From: Eledone cirrhosa | Taxonomy: Eukaryota | Length of the DNA stretch: 64,000 nucleotides | Reading direction: 5' to 3' | NCBI GenBank assembly: GCA_964016885.1 | Contig: OZ024741.1 | Coordinates: 393,080,001-393,144,000 of the forward strand | Shown here: piece by piece, positions 51,930 to 64,000 of the stretch | How the letters are laid out: each line of letters begins with the position of its first letter | How positions within the stretch are numbered: position 1 is the stretch's first letter | Notes under the pieces: model-generated | What the model was told of the DNA's origin: nothing | Database searches by the model: none | The model's input: only the letters and a program-made list of their open reading frames with translations | Program-made: the position numbers and the translations under genes

Positions 51930-52908
51930 ACCATCCTCATCACCGTTTTACGTCCGTTCTTCCACGCTAGCATGGGTTAGACGGGTTGTCCTGTTGTGAG
52001 CAGTGTCCGGTCGGCTGACTATGTCTTGCTCATACGGGAACTGATTCTGGCTTGATTTCTACAGCTGGATGCCCTTCCTAACACCAACCTCATTTACAGT
52101 GAGTGCTGGGTGCTTTTTTTCCGTGGCACCTCCACGACCACTTTGCAGTGGGAGGCTGTGGGGGGTATATTGTCTATATGCTTCAGCTTCGGCTTGTACC
52201 CGTGGGGGGATTGGGTCTTCTGTATTACTATGTGACGCCAGAGGTCACAGTCGTGTGTCATCACCTTTGAGAGGTGTAATTGGGTAAGGTCGGGTTTTAT
52301 CACCCCATCCCAGGTCTTCTTGGGTCTCCCCACTCTGCGGTTTCCATCGACTTCTTCTGTTCTGCACCTTTTTATGCAGCTGTCATCCTTCATACGCATC
52401 ACATGTCCATACCAACGCAACCGCTTCCCCTGCACACACCATTTGATTCCTCTTATGCTCAGTCTCTCTCTCAATTCGTTTATACTTTGCCGTTCGCGTA
52501 TATTACTATTACACATCCATCGAAGCATGCAGGCTTCATTTCTCTCCAATCTACGCAAGTCTTCCACAGACAGCGCCCAGGTCTCACTACCATGTAACAT
52601 TGCTGTTCGTATACACGCATCATATAGTCTGCCTTTCATTTTGAGGGAAAAGCCTTTTGCAGCTAGCAGTAGCTCCTTGAACTTCTTCCATCCCGTTCTT
52701 ACTCTAGTTATTGTACTTTCCGAACACCCACTTCTGCTGCTAATTCGGTCACCTAGGTAGCAGAAGCTGTCTACTGTTTCTACAGAGCCCTCCCAGAGTT
52801 TGGTGGTACTTGTTTCTTGTGGCTGTTTGCTGCTTGCTGTCCCAGCACAGCTGCTACATGTGAAGCCTACATTCTTAGTTAAGCTTCCTGAGATCCCGCT
52901 ACATCTCT
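51930..52908 (-). mobile_element. Younger 5'-truncated RTE LINE with a long 3' UTR
   Basis: ORF 52094-52639 KGRLYDACIRTAMLHGSETW..LRWYGHV..GRPKKTW; 3' UTR shared with family B SINEs. Confidence 0.88.
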
Positions 52909-53935
52909 TGTAGCGGGATCTCAGTATATATATATATATTATATATATATATATATTATATATATATATATTATATATATATATATATTATATATATATA
53001 TATATATTATATATATATATATATATAAAATTAATAATAAGTATGAATGAGGTTCAAATTTTCATTAAATTTATTCAGGTGTTTATGTGCATTTCACAAT
53101 TAATCAGCTCAAGGTTCAATCTCTATTGATTGGGCCCGACTCTGGAATTAAAAACTCATAAGACTTTAGTTAGCTTAATATATATATGTTGTATACATAT
53201 ACACAAACCTATACTTCCACTTATGTTTATTTGGGCTAATATTTGTAGATTTATATAATCAGTCACTCAACGATTTGAGTATTTGACTAGGTCATCATGA
53301 AGAGATTTCAATAATTCCATATGAATATAAAAAGACACATATAGATGACCATGCAACAAGGAGAAAGTGGAGGAATTAGAAAAAAAAAATTGAGCCAATG
53401 TTGTATTTAATTATTCAGAATATTTCAGTCACAAAGTTGAGTTTCTATAGAACTAGCCAATTAATGAATGTATGCAAAATGAATAGAGAAAATAAACAAG
53501 CACACAATTGATATATTAAATTTTAAAATATATATATATATACAAACAAAAAGGGTAAATATATATATTTCTTTAAGTAAATAACACCTTCCAGAAAATA
53601 GATTCTGTGAAGTAACAAATCAAGTAATCAAAACAGCACACAAAATAATTAACACAAAGTAATAAACACAAAATCAAACTTGCATGCATCTAAAAAAAAA
53701 TGCAAAAAGAATTATTAAAATCAAATGATCTTTGAAACAGAAGCCTAATCATAACCAAAATTATTTTGAATAAATATTCAAGTATAAAACTGTGTGTGTG
53801 TGTGTGTGTGTGTATGTGTGTGTGTGCATGCAATGATTTATATAGTGAGATAAATAATTATATCCAGATAAACAGAAAGTGAAAATAAAATGTATTATAA
53901 AATGATATCAACAAAATATATGTTTATCTTTACTG

Positions 53936-53971
<36 letters not shown>

Positions 53972-54072
53972 ACATGCCCTGCCCCATCATCCTCAAATTT
54001 TTTCCCTGCTAGCAAAGGTTGGACAGGTCGATGCAGACCATGTCAATAATCAAGACATATATATACATATGC

Positions 54073-54141
<69 letters not shown>

Positions 54142-54492
54142 ATGCGAACTCTGCTAGGAGTATTGCAATCACTTGTCAGATTACAGAAAATGGTGCACTT
54201 TTAGGCTACTGCCAGCCACACGAACCAGTAACAGATCCTGAACAAGCAATGCCTGTGCTTTGAAGGTTTTTTAAGTGGGTAAAGGCCTTGTACGCGACCA
54301 ATCCCACTCTCTAAACATTGAAAACATTACCCGAAAAGGAGAACTGGTCAACATCATCGGATGTTTCCAAAGCCACAGATTTTTTTAGAAAGGTCTTGTG
54401 ACAACAACTGGGGGCCTTTCACTCCCAATATATATATATATATATATGGATAGATAAATATACACGGGTGTGTATGATTGTGTATAGAAGAT

Positions 54493-54766
54493 TATATTAA
54501 TAAGAGGAATTCCAACTTTGTCTGATTTACTCGTTTTATTTACAATCCTTTAAAATTTATAATGGTATTATAATGAAATAGTATGGTAGAATATTAAATG
54601 TTAAGTGTTAATTGAACAAGTACTTTCATGAAAGCATGAAAGTACTTGTTCAATTAACACTTAACATTTAATATTCTATCATACTATTTCATTATAATAC
54701 CATTATATATTTTAAAGGATTGTAAATAAAACGAGTAAATCAGACAAAGTTGGAATTCCTCTTATT

Positions 54767-54772
<6 letters not shown>
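54493..54772. repeat. Near-perfect 138-bp-arm palindrome with a 4-nt loop, in (TA)n
   Basis: 54493-54630 versus 54635-54772, 2 mismatches by eye; ~30-nt unique extension on the left. Confidence 0.92.
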
Positions 54773-54802
<30 letters not shown>

Positions 54803-54829
54803 TATATATATATATATATATATAATAGG

Positions 54830-55037
54830 AACAATCGACTTTCGTCAAATCGGACCGAGGGAACAATGTTTCCGTTGGTCTTTCCAATTGCTAATACTAT
54901 CTATCGGTCGCAACTCCAGGTAGAAGGAGCAACGTGAAATAAAGTGTCTTGCTCAAGGACATAACGCATCGCCTGGTCCAGGAATCGAACTCACAACCTT
55001 ACGATTGCGAATCCAATTCTCTAACCACTCAGCCACA
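54830..55037 (-). mobile_element. CORE-type SINE
   Basis: gtgaaataaagtgtcttgctcaagg..ggaatcgaactcac..ctaaccactcagcca, the reverse complement of A-box, B-box and CORE. Confidence 0.75.
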
Positions 55038-55357
55038 CATACATATATGTATATACACATATAGATAAGTTTTGCACTTCATTTTATTATGTAGCAAATT
55101 TCAACAATTGTCTATTCAATGTGAAAAATATTTTGTATAGATATCATTTTTTAATAACAATTTTCTTTCTGTTAGTATCATAACCCTCCCCACCAAATAT
55201 CATGTATACATATATATCTTCATTCATGCATGTGAGTGTATACACTTATGTGTGAAAACAAACAGAAAGAAAGAAAAAGAAAATAGGAAAAGTCAAGTGA
55301 AACTGGCCCTCACTATTTTCCTATTTTCTTTCTTTTTTTTTTTTTGAGAGAGAGAGG

Positions 55358-55388
<31 letters not shown>

Positions 55389-55434
55389 GGAGAGAGAGAG
55401 AGCGAGAGAGAGAGAGAGAGAGAGAGGGGAGTGG

Positions 55435-55484
<50 letters not shown>

Positions 55485-55976
55485 ATGGGTGCTAATTCCA
55501 AATCCTGAGCTTCATGTAGGAAATTTCCTCATCTGAAAAGTTAAGGGTTTGCAATAAATCTAACATTTTTGTGTAGGGAATTACAAATTTTGATTAGAAT
55601 TTATTCTGATGACTTCAAAACGAAGTATCAGATTTTGAAATGACAATATCTTAATCAAAAACTTTTCTTTAGAAAATGGCGAACACCAAAGTCAGGATAT
55701 GGCATTTCTAAATTACCACTTTACTTTCACGGACTTTGTTACTGATTCTATATACATGTTCACAAACATGTACCAAGCACTCTAAAATATTTTTGCATTA
55801 ATGAAAATCCCTATATAATTTGTGTGTGGGTGTGTGTACATGCATTTGTATTTGAATGTGTGTTTGTGTGTGTGGGGGTGTTAGTATATCAGAAATAATT
55901 AGTTTACAGGATCATTAGAACAAAACATGCAGCAAATATCCAGCATCAGATAAACTTAAACAGTTGATGCAGGTAC

Positions 55977-56054
55977 CTTTGGTTCCAGGGGCTTCACCCC
56001 TCTGGCGGTCATCTCTTTCGCCACGGTCAAAACGACCACTGCCAATTCGACCAG
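55977..56054 (-). CDS. 78-nt coding exon of the host gene (GRIGSGRFDRGERDDRQRGEAPGTK)
   Basis: cttttttcttcttgttAG acceptor; AAG|GTACCT donor; phase 1-1; GC-rich island; R/G/D-rich peptide in frame with downstream exons. Confidence 0.75.
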
Positions 56055-57789
56055 CTAACAAGAAGAAAAAAGTAAGGAATCTGTTTAATTATGTTATTAG
56101 TAAAAGAGAGAAAAGAGAGTGAAGATATAATATTAGATACATAGAGAGATATAGGGTAAGGAAACCAAATTAATGGAAGAATAAGGAAGTCCTTTATTGT
56201 CATTTGCATTAGAATGATACCTACATGGCAATCCTACTTTCAGTTTTTTACTAGGTTTTGCTCTTTTCAGAACATTTGAAAAAAGCCCCAGTTTCTCTGA
56301 GAGAGAGATAAATTCCAGCAGATATTCAGGAAATAGGGATGGGGTGTAAAATTAAGCAAATGGAATTCGGACTAATGACTGTTCCAAATTCAAAATTACA
56401 TAAAATATCAGCATGCTATATGATAAGGAAGAGAGAAAATAGATTAGTTGTTCTTCAAAAGATATCCATGCACACAAACGGAAATGATGTTAGAATGTTT
56501 TTTTTTGTGTGTGTATGAACAACAGATCAGCCTTTAAAACTCCTATAAAATCCTTGACTGGATAATTCTGTATCAAAATGAATCACAGACTTTCTAACCA
56601 ACGGACCATAGATTATTAGGTAAAACACATACACACATGCATTTACCTACACATACACACAACAGAGATGAAGAAAGAAACCAAAAAACAGAGAATAGGA
56701 AGAAAACAAAGTGCAGTAAGAAAAGGGAGAAAAGTCATAGACATCAACTGATGAAAACAATAAATCTACTCATGAAATAGAAAGGGAAAATATGTTAGTT
56801 ATAAGAATAAAAACCTATACATTCACATGTATACTAAAACACAGATACACACAACTATGTAAACATGCAACAGAGCTTCTATAAACAACAAAGAAAGTAA
56901 TGGAGAGAAATAATTCTAAGGACATTTCTATAAAGGAAAATGATGGTGTGTCCTTTCCCCTTATTTGACGGGATCTGTAATGTAAGAGGACACTTGCCCA
57001 CCTGAAAACTGGTTTGAGGATTGGTTTAACAATGAGAAATGATGGAGCATGGTTTTGGAGAGGCTTTTGATATGCTTTTGATATGTTTTGTTTTTGCCCC
57101 ATTTCGCTTATGTAAAATGTATTGCTGTACTTGCATGCAATGAATTGATGGTCATTTTCGTTTTTGTTTCACCTTTTTGTTTCCTCTTTTTTCCTTTCTC
57201 TCACTCTGGCCATATATTTTAGTGTGTTGTGAGGTTCCTGGCGATGGTTGGTTGTATTTGTTATATGTATTTATATTTGTGTTTATCAACAACATTATAT
57301 TTGCAATGTTATTCTGAAAGAGTTGTGAGCAATTTGTAATGTTATTTATGTATATTTTTACTAACAGATAATTCAGAATTTACATATATAGATCAATTGG
57401 GTAATGGATATATTGCAAAATAGTCTTGAAAGTACATTTAACTTAACATAGAAGTTCCAATTGATAAGTTATTATTCAGTATAAATGCCATTTAGAATTT
57501 CAAAATTATATTCCACTAAAATCTACACGGGTATGAAAGCTTGACTTTGTACTAATCCATACAATGTCTAAATAAATAACTTACAAATCTATACAGTTTA
57601 AAGAAATAATTGAAGGACATGGTATAAGGCATAATAATAATTTTTTTCTAGCATAGGCACAAAACCAAAAATGTTGTGCAAGATGGAAGTCAATTAAATT
57701 GCTTACAGTACATGATGGATATTTTATTTATTTTACTGAATCTGGAAGGATTCAACTAGTTGTAATTATTGCCTAATTCCATTGCCTAT

Positions 57790-58070
57790 AATTCTAAATA
57801 TCAGTATTGGTATTAAACTTGGAAGTATGACCCCAAGACCAGCACTCATCTTTGATGAAAATGAAAAACAGACTCTCATTCAAGCTGTAAATATCTGCAT
57901 AGTAGGGATAACTGTGTAAGAAGTCATAGAATAAAACCATAAACAAATAGTTGAGACTGAGGAGGAAAAATATAAGTACATTGGAATTATAGAATTAGAT
58001 CTAGTAGAAAAATACATGAAAAGGCAGCAGGTAAGTTATAACATTATAATGCCCAATTTGAGCAAGAAAA
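57790..58070 (+). mobile_element. Ancient Dong/R4-like RT fragment
   Basis: Peptide ETEEEKYKYIGIIELD matches the YKYLG motif of the 21.8-24 kb element. Confidence 0.4.
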
Positions 58071-58567
58071 GGTATAGACCCACTGACTGGGTTTAAATCA
58101 TGCATCTATTGCTTGCCAGGTGATAGTGTTACTGATTATATTACAGAACACACCATTTCCTTTTCTCAAATTATACACTTTAAAGGTTTTCTTGCAATTT
58201 TAACTCATCTGGTTGATAGTTTATCAGCAACTTAGTGCTAGTAGAACAGACTATTCTACTAATGCACAACACAACACTTCCATATTTGGCATGGGAACAG
58301 CTAAGATTTTAATCATCAATTTGAAAGAGAAAAAGGATAACAGATCCCTGTGGATGTGTCTTAAGTTCACTTGTATGAGACAGAGAAAATAGAATTAATT
58401 TAATTGCAGCCTTATTTCAAAATACAAAAAATATTCCTACATGGAACAAAGAATCAATAATTGTAACATACAAAATAAAGAATTCTAGAGATTTTAAAAG
58501 ATTTTTGAAATTTTAATCTATGTGTCTTCAAAAGAAAATGATAAATATATTTATTTAAAGTTGACAT

Positions 58568-58768
58568 TAACCCTTTCATGGTTGTATTTTTAATGATTTA
58601 CTAAAATCATCAATTATTTTACCACTAAGATAGTAACTTAACATATGGTCCTTATATAAAATTATGCTGGGAGATTTGAATTTAAATAGGAACTTTTAAA
58701 ATGGGTGGTTTTGTTTCATAGAACTAGGGCCAGTTTTAGTTGAGCTGGGTTAGTATAAAAGAGGTTAA
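58568..58768. mobile_element. Possible TTAA-target MITE
   Basis: TTAACCCTTT..AAAGAGGTTAA termini; similar to the reverse complement of 63340-63568. Confidence 0.4.
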
Positions 58769-59759
58769 TCTCTCTCTATATAAAATTCTTTGTCTATCTG
58801 TCTGTCTGTTCTTATTCATTCTCAAATAGCTCGACCAAATCAAATCAAATGTTATTAAACCCTGGGATTAATAACATGTAATTTTTCATTTGGATTAAAA
58901 CAATATATTTTATCTAAAATAATCTACTATAGTCAACTATAGTAAACAACATCACATTTTGTATATGAGTGTGTATATGTCTGTGACTGTGTATGTGCTT
59001 GCACCTTTGTTATCTATGTTAGGCCTTAGTAAGTTACATACACACACACCTTTACATAAATATTTAATCAGATACACAGAGAATTAAACACACACACACA
59101 CACACATACACCTACACATGTGATAACTGATAAGTATATGTGTGTGAATGTATGTGAGAGTCTATGTGTATGTGAGTATACATATATATCTGTGAGTATA
59201 CATATATATCTGTGATAACAAATGCTGGGGGAGAAACTGTGTGTTTGTATGAATGTATGCCTTGTGTGTTTTATAGTGTGAGTGTATGTGTTCCTGGGTG
59301 AAACTCTGTGTGTGTTTGTATGGAATGTATGTCTGTGTTTTTTCTAAGTGTATGTTTGTGTGAGTGTGTTTGTCAACAAATCTCAGGGTCTGTCCCTCAA
59401 GGTAGTTGGGTTTGATCTCTCTACTACATGTTAACTCTATGTTGGGTGTATGTACATATGCTTATGTATATATACACATATATGTTTTGTTGTATATGTT
59501 GGTTGCTCACGAGATGGAAGCAGCAACAATTTATTCATTTCAACACCAACAAAAAATTACGCAATGAATATTGTTTATCCTGAGGTGTTTCAAGATTGAC
59601 AGATTTTCAATTCAAAATTCTATTATCATTACAATTTTGATATTTTTAAAAATAAAATATAGATATTTTTAAATAATTATGAGAAAAAAAATATATCAGT
59701 ACATTTATTGTTTACTAATCTGAACAAGAACAGCAGGCAATGCTGGGTCATTCAGCTAG
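58769..59759 (+). mobile_element. Non-autonomous Helitron
   Basis: A|TC..CTAG|T termini with a subterminal hairpin remnant; 5' region homologous to the 5' end of 35941-37073; internal (TG)-rich repeats. Confidence 0.85.
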
Positions 59760-60188
59760 TAAATTAATTAAACTAAATAGAGACTAGCATAAAAGACCAA
59801 TAGCATAAAATAAAATAAATTATAATCTATATAAAAATGAATTCTTTTTTTAACTGTTTGAATTGCAAAGCAAAATACTTTCAAGTTATTGAACAGAGAA
59901 AAGTAAGATGAAAAGCATATTTTTTTTTGTAAAACTATGAAAATAACAAATTTTAAAGTAAAACAAAACAATTCAGAATATATGAAAACATAATTGAGGA
60001 ATGCAGTATTAGAAGAAAATCTATTTCTTCCTCCCTGACAAACATATAAAATGCTATTTTTACATGCTTAATATAAAGAATGTCATTTTTACATGTTTCT
60101 GACCATACTAAAGTAGCCATATTTAAATTAAAATCAGTCAAAATCATGAATGATAGCAAGATTTCAGTTGGTTAATGGCAGTGTAATT

Positions 60189-60718
60189 AATTGTTTCTAC
60201 TTTTCGCACAAGGCCAGCAATTACCCAGTACATTACTGGTACTTTATTTTATCAACCCCGTAAGGATGAAAGGCAAAGTTAACCTCGACGGGATTTGAAC
60301 TCAGATCATAATGGGATGTAACTCTATGCTTCAAAGCATGGCATCCGACTCTCTACCGATACTGCCAGTATAACCTATCAAGATATAAAGTTATAGATAT
60401 TTTACCAGAATAGAATGAACCTCCATTGATTTTGACAATGAGTGACAGGTGAAGAGATGCTGTGCTGAGTAGGACCCGTCCAACCCTTGCAAGCAGGGAA
60501 AAGCGGACGTAAAATAATGATGATGATGATGAAGATCCTGAACATTCCAGAGACACATGTACCCCAGTACATTACTGGTGCTTTATTTTATCGACCCTGT
60601 AAGGATGAAAGACAAAGCTAAACTCGGTGGGATTTGAACGCAGAACGTAAAGGGCCGTAACTCTATGCCGCAAAGCATGGCGTCTGACCCTCTACCGATT
60701 ATGCCAAGCCACCGTCCT
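60189..60718. mobile_element. Two family A SINEs (~60189-60367 and 60561-60718, both -) flanking an RTE 3' tip (~60440-60535, +)
   Basis: Family A core and B-box; ggacccgtccaacccttgcaagcagggaaaagcggacgtaaaa(tga)n. Confidence 0.8.
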
Positions 60719-60894
60719 ATTAAAAAAAGAAATAATAATAACAATTCCTAACATTGTCAGGTGGCCACAAATTTGACTGACACTTTGTTTTATTGACCTC
60801 AACTACCACCACTCCTCTCCTGCCGAAGGTGACCTTAAATACAGTTAAAATAATTACAGCAATGTAGTTCTTGTTGTTGTTATTGTTTTGACTG

Positions 60895-61120
60895 GAAGAA
60901 GAAGAAGAAGAAAAAGAAGAAGAAGAAGAAAAAGAAGAAAAAGAAAAAGAAAAAGTAGAAGAAGAAGCAACAGCAGCAGCAGCAGAAGAAGGTGATGGTG
61001 AAGAACAACAACAACTTACATTTTTGTGTATTATAAGAGGGATAGAGAGAGAAAGATAGGGAGAGGAAAAGAGTGAGAGGAAGAGGAAGAGAGAGAGGAA
61101 AAGGAAGAGAGAGAAGGATC
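60895..61120. repeat. Compound (GAA)n/(CAG)n/(GA)n microsatellite
   Basis: Visible directly. Confidence 0.9.
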
Positions 61121-61661
61121 ATAGAAAAGTTTACAGAATTTTCAGGGAAATTCAGCATGACACAGTGTGTGACAAGGCTGGAATTACAGGTACTATCCAT
61201 CAGGCTTTCAAATAGTTTCCATCTACCAAATTTCCCTCACAAGGTTTAGATTGACCTTAGGCTATAGTAATACTACTTGTCCAAGATGCCATGCAGTGGG
61301 ATCAAACCCAGGATCTTATGATTATGATGCAAAATAAGCAAAAATTTGGAGGAGTTTAATATCTTACTTCTCCATTATTTAGTTGGTGTTTGGAACAAAA
61401 TTTAACAAGTATTATGGCTTAAAAACTTAGATAAAAATCAGATAACATATTATTGGGGATAAAGTGTGAGTTAAACTGATATAGGTTTTGTTATGTGAAA
61501 GCTCAAACCAAATTATTGAAATCAATTATACAGAACCCCCAAAAAAATTTTTTTAAATAGTAGTGCAGTCCAAAAGAACATATAGCTCAACATCTCACTC
61601 AAGCACTCAAACTGTCCAGCTTGAATTTCCACAATGTTTATTGGAAATCAATTAAGAGATC

Positions 61662-63240
61662 TGTAGCAAGAGTTGCCTCCCTTGTTGCGACAATCACATC
61701 ACCAATAGAGTAACGCTCTCTAGACAGGAAGTAGCTCGAGTTGCTTCCCGTTGGGGTGGCAGAGCCCTTTTTGTCACGTCCGTCCCAGGACCTATAAAGG
61801 GAATAACTTTCAGCTCTCTACCTCTCATTTGCCCTCTTCTAACCTGTCTGGCCCTTCGGCCAGGCGCATTCGACTGGCAACCCTAACATGGTCTCTTGCG
61901 AGCTCACTTCAAAACGGTAACAAATAACTTTACTTCATTCTTTCATCTACTTTCATTGACTTGAACATTTATTTTCGCTGAATCTCAACTATTGCTTATT
62001 CTTTCCAAGCTTTGTTCATCGTTCACAAAAAAAGTTGAACTCGCCATATTTGTTACACCAAAGCCTTTCTTTCTGTTTCATCATATTATCACGTTCACAC
62101 ACGAGTTTTTCAAAATGGCTGCCAACAACCTTGTTTCGGCACGTGTGGGCAGCACACATCTCGACTCACTGAGATACCACACGCCATAGAAATATATTTT
62201 TTTACAACTTGACTTTAACCTTGTTTCGGCACGTGTGGGCAGCACACATCTCAACTCACTGAGATACCACACACCATGGATAATGTTTCTCGCCAAGGAT
62301 TCTCCAGCCTTAAGCTATATTCTCCTATTTGCCGGTTTAAAAATTTACCACATAAATTTGCCGTTGAAAACTGCGCATTTATTCAGAATGCTTATTTCTT
62401 TGGTCGCTGGCCTCTTGACCCTTCCAGATCAACGCATTCTCAACATCGACCATCAACTTTGGCTGTTATTTCTAGCCCTTTGCGCAACTCATTTTTTCTG
62501 GGAAAAATTTTACTGTGAATTTAAAGATCGAATACGCTCACTCCGCGAGACAACAACATCAACAACAACAACACAGCTTCATCAACAACCAAAACCAGCA
62601 GAAGCCAGAGAATTTATTTTTGCAGCACTCTTCCTGTCAGAATTTCCCTTCGGAGGTTGGAAATTTCACGTTATACCACAGACCAGAAACCACCTGCATT
62701 CATCTCTGGAACACACTTTCTTTCCTGCTGTCATGTGATTGCACACCTGTGAACTGTATTGGGAACATTTGAACTTTGACCTCTTCTTTTACTTTGATTA
62801 CATTGTATCTTTGAGTGATGGATAGATAGTTCTCTGGCCAAGAGCGGTTGGCTACCTTGATATCTATCATTGATTTTTGCATGCATATATTTTGCTGTTT
62901 TCCTTTTATTGCAAACCTTTTTTCCGTAATTTTAATGCCTGTTAAATGCTCGCCATCTTACTCCATACATGTTTCATTCGATTTTTATGTTTTAAAAATC
63001 TGGCGGGAGATAATGTAGCAAGAGTTGCCTCCCTTGTTGTGACGATCACATCACCAATAGAGTAACGCTCTCTAGACAGGAAGTAGCTGGAGTTGCTTCC
63101 CGTTGGGGTGGCAGAGCCCTTTTTGTCACTTCCGTCCCAGGACCTATAAAGGGAATAACTTTCAGCTCTCTACCTCTCATTTGCCCTCTTCTAACCTGTC
63201 TGGCCCTTCGACCAGGCGCGTTCGACTGGCAACCCTAACA
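61662..63240 (+). mobile_element. Internally deleted LTR retrotransposon, BEL/Pao-like (1.58 kb)
   Basis: 227-bp LTRs TGTAG..TAACA at 61662-61888 and 63014-63240 (6 differences); TATAAA in the LTR; PBS-like TGGTCTCTTGCGAGC; PPT-like GGCGGGAGA; remnant FFWEKFYCEFKDRIRSLRE resembles the BEL integrase C-terminal region; no TSD found. Confidence 0.8.
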
Positions 63241-63339
63241 TGGTCTCTTGTGAGCCATTTAAACTGACCCAAAATTCTCTATGAAAGCAAATGATATCAA
63301 ACTAAAGCAGTTTATGTTAGCAATACAAGCTATATGTAT

Positions 63340-63568
63340 TAACCCCTTAATCTTTTTGTTACCAAACTGCTTGAAACTGCCCCTGATTCTATGATAGAAA
63401 ACTGTTTATTTTAAAGTATATATATTTATCTAAAAATCATCCACCATATTTTTATATAAAAACCTTTGTTAAGTTATAATTCAAACAGCTTAATAATGAG
63501 AAAGTTAGTTATATTACTGAATCCCTTCAACTTCGTGATTATTTTCAATACTATAATAAAAGGGTTAA
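63340..63568. mobile_element. Possible TTAA-target (piggyBac-type) MITE
   Basis: TTAACCCC..AAGGGTTAA termini; related copies at ~9.6 kb and ~58.6 kb. Confidence 0.45.
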
Positions 63569-64000
63569 GTATGCCCCAGAGAGGAAGGTCAATGTTCACA
63601 AAATTAAAATTTCTAGGAAAAGCAAAATTTCCATTGGACAAAAAATAAAGGATTTAAATTACTAAAAGGATAAACCAGAAAAGGTGAAAGAATGTCACTT
63701 ATAAGGATTGAAAATAAAATAACACACTTCCACAAAGCATTTTCTCCAAATGTTCAAAAGAACCAGCTCCACACAATAGAGCCTTTGTTAGAAGGAAATG
63801 GTTGACATCATAAGGTAAGGAATGAAAAATTAAACATTATTTGCACTACCCTGCTGGTAGATAAGTTAGATGAATTACTGTAAAACAGCATAAGGAAGTG
63901 ACAACTATCAATTACATCGATAAAAAAAGAAAATGCAATATCTTCTATACAAAAAAATGAGTCTGAACCCATCAACAGTTATTGATGTTTTCCCAACAAT

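Overview
AT-rich, microsatellite-dense eukaryotic (animal) genomic DNA. The SINE/RTE/Helitron content suggests a cephalopod such as Octopus, but that is an inference. Most ORFs in the track are spurious or transposon-derived. One host gene is supported on the minus strand by three phase-compatible exons (55977-56054, 42900-42932 and a 2160-nt exon at 38158-40317). It encodes a disordered acidic protein with an RG box and a PAM2 motif. The rest is a mosaic of mobile elements: tRNA-derived SINEs, RTE, Tx1/L1 and Dong/R4 LINE fragments, a deleted mariner with abnormally long TIRs, two Helitrons and a deleted BEL/Pao-like LTR element. The most striking structure is a young Penelope-like (probably Naiad-clade) RT+GIY-YIG element at 31206-34449. 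It is a 1124-bp inverted repeat with a minimal hammerhead ribozyme in each arm. Several small asymmetric fold-back elements in microsatellites elsewhere in the window share its architecture, and two share its terminal sequence. An RTE LINE ending in three C2H2 zinc fingers is also notable.
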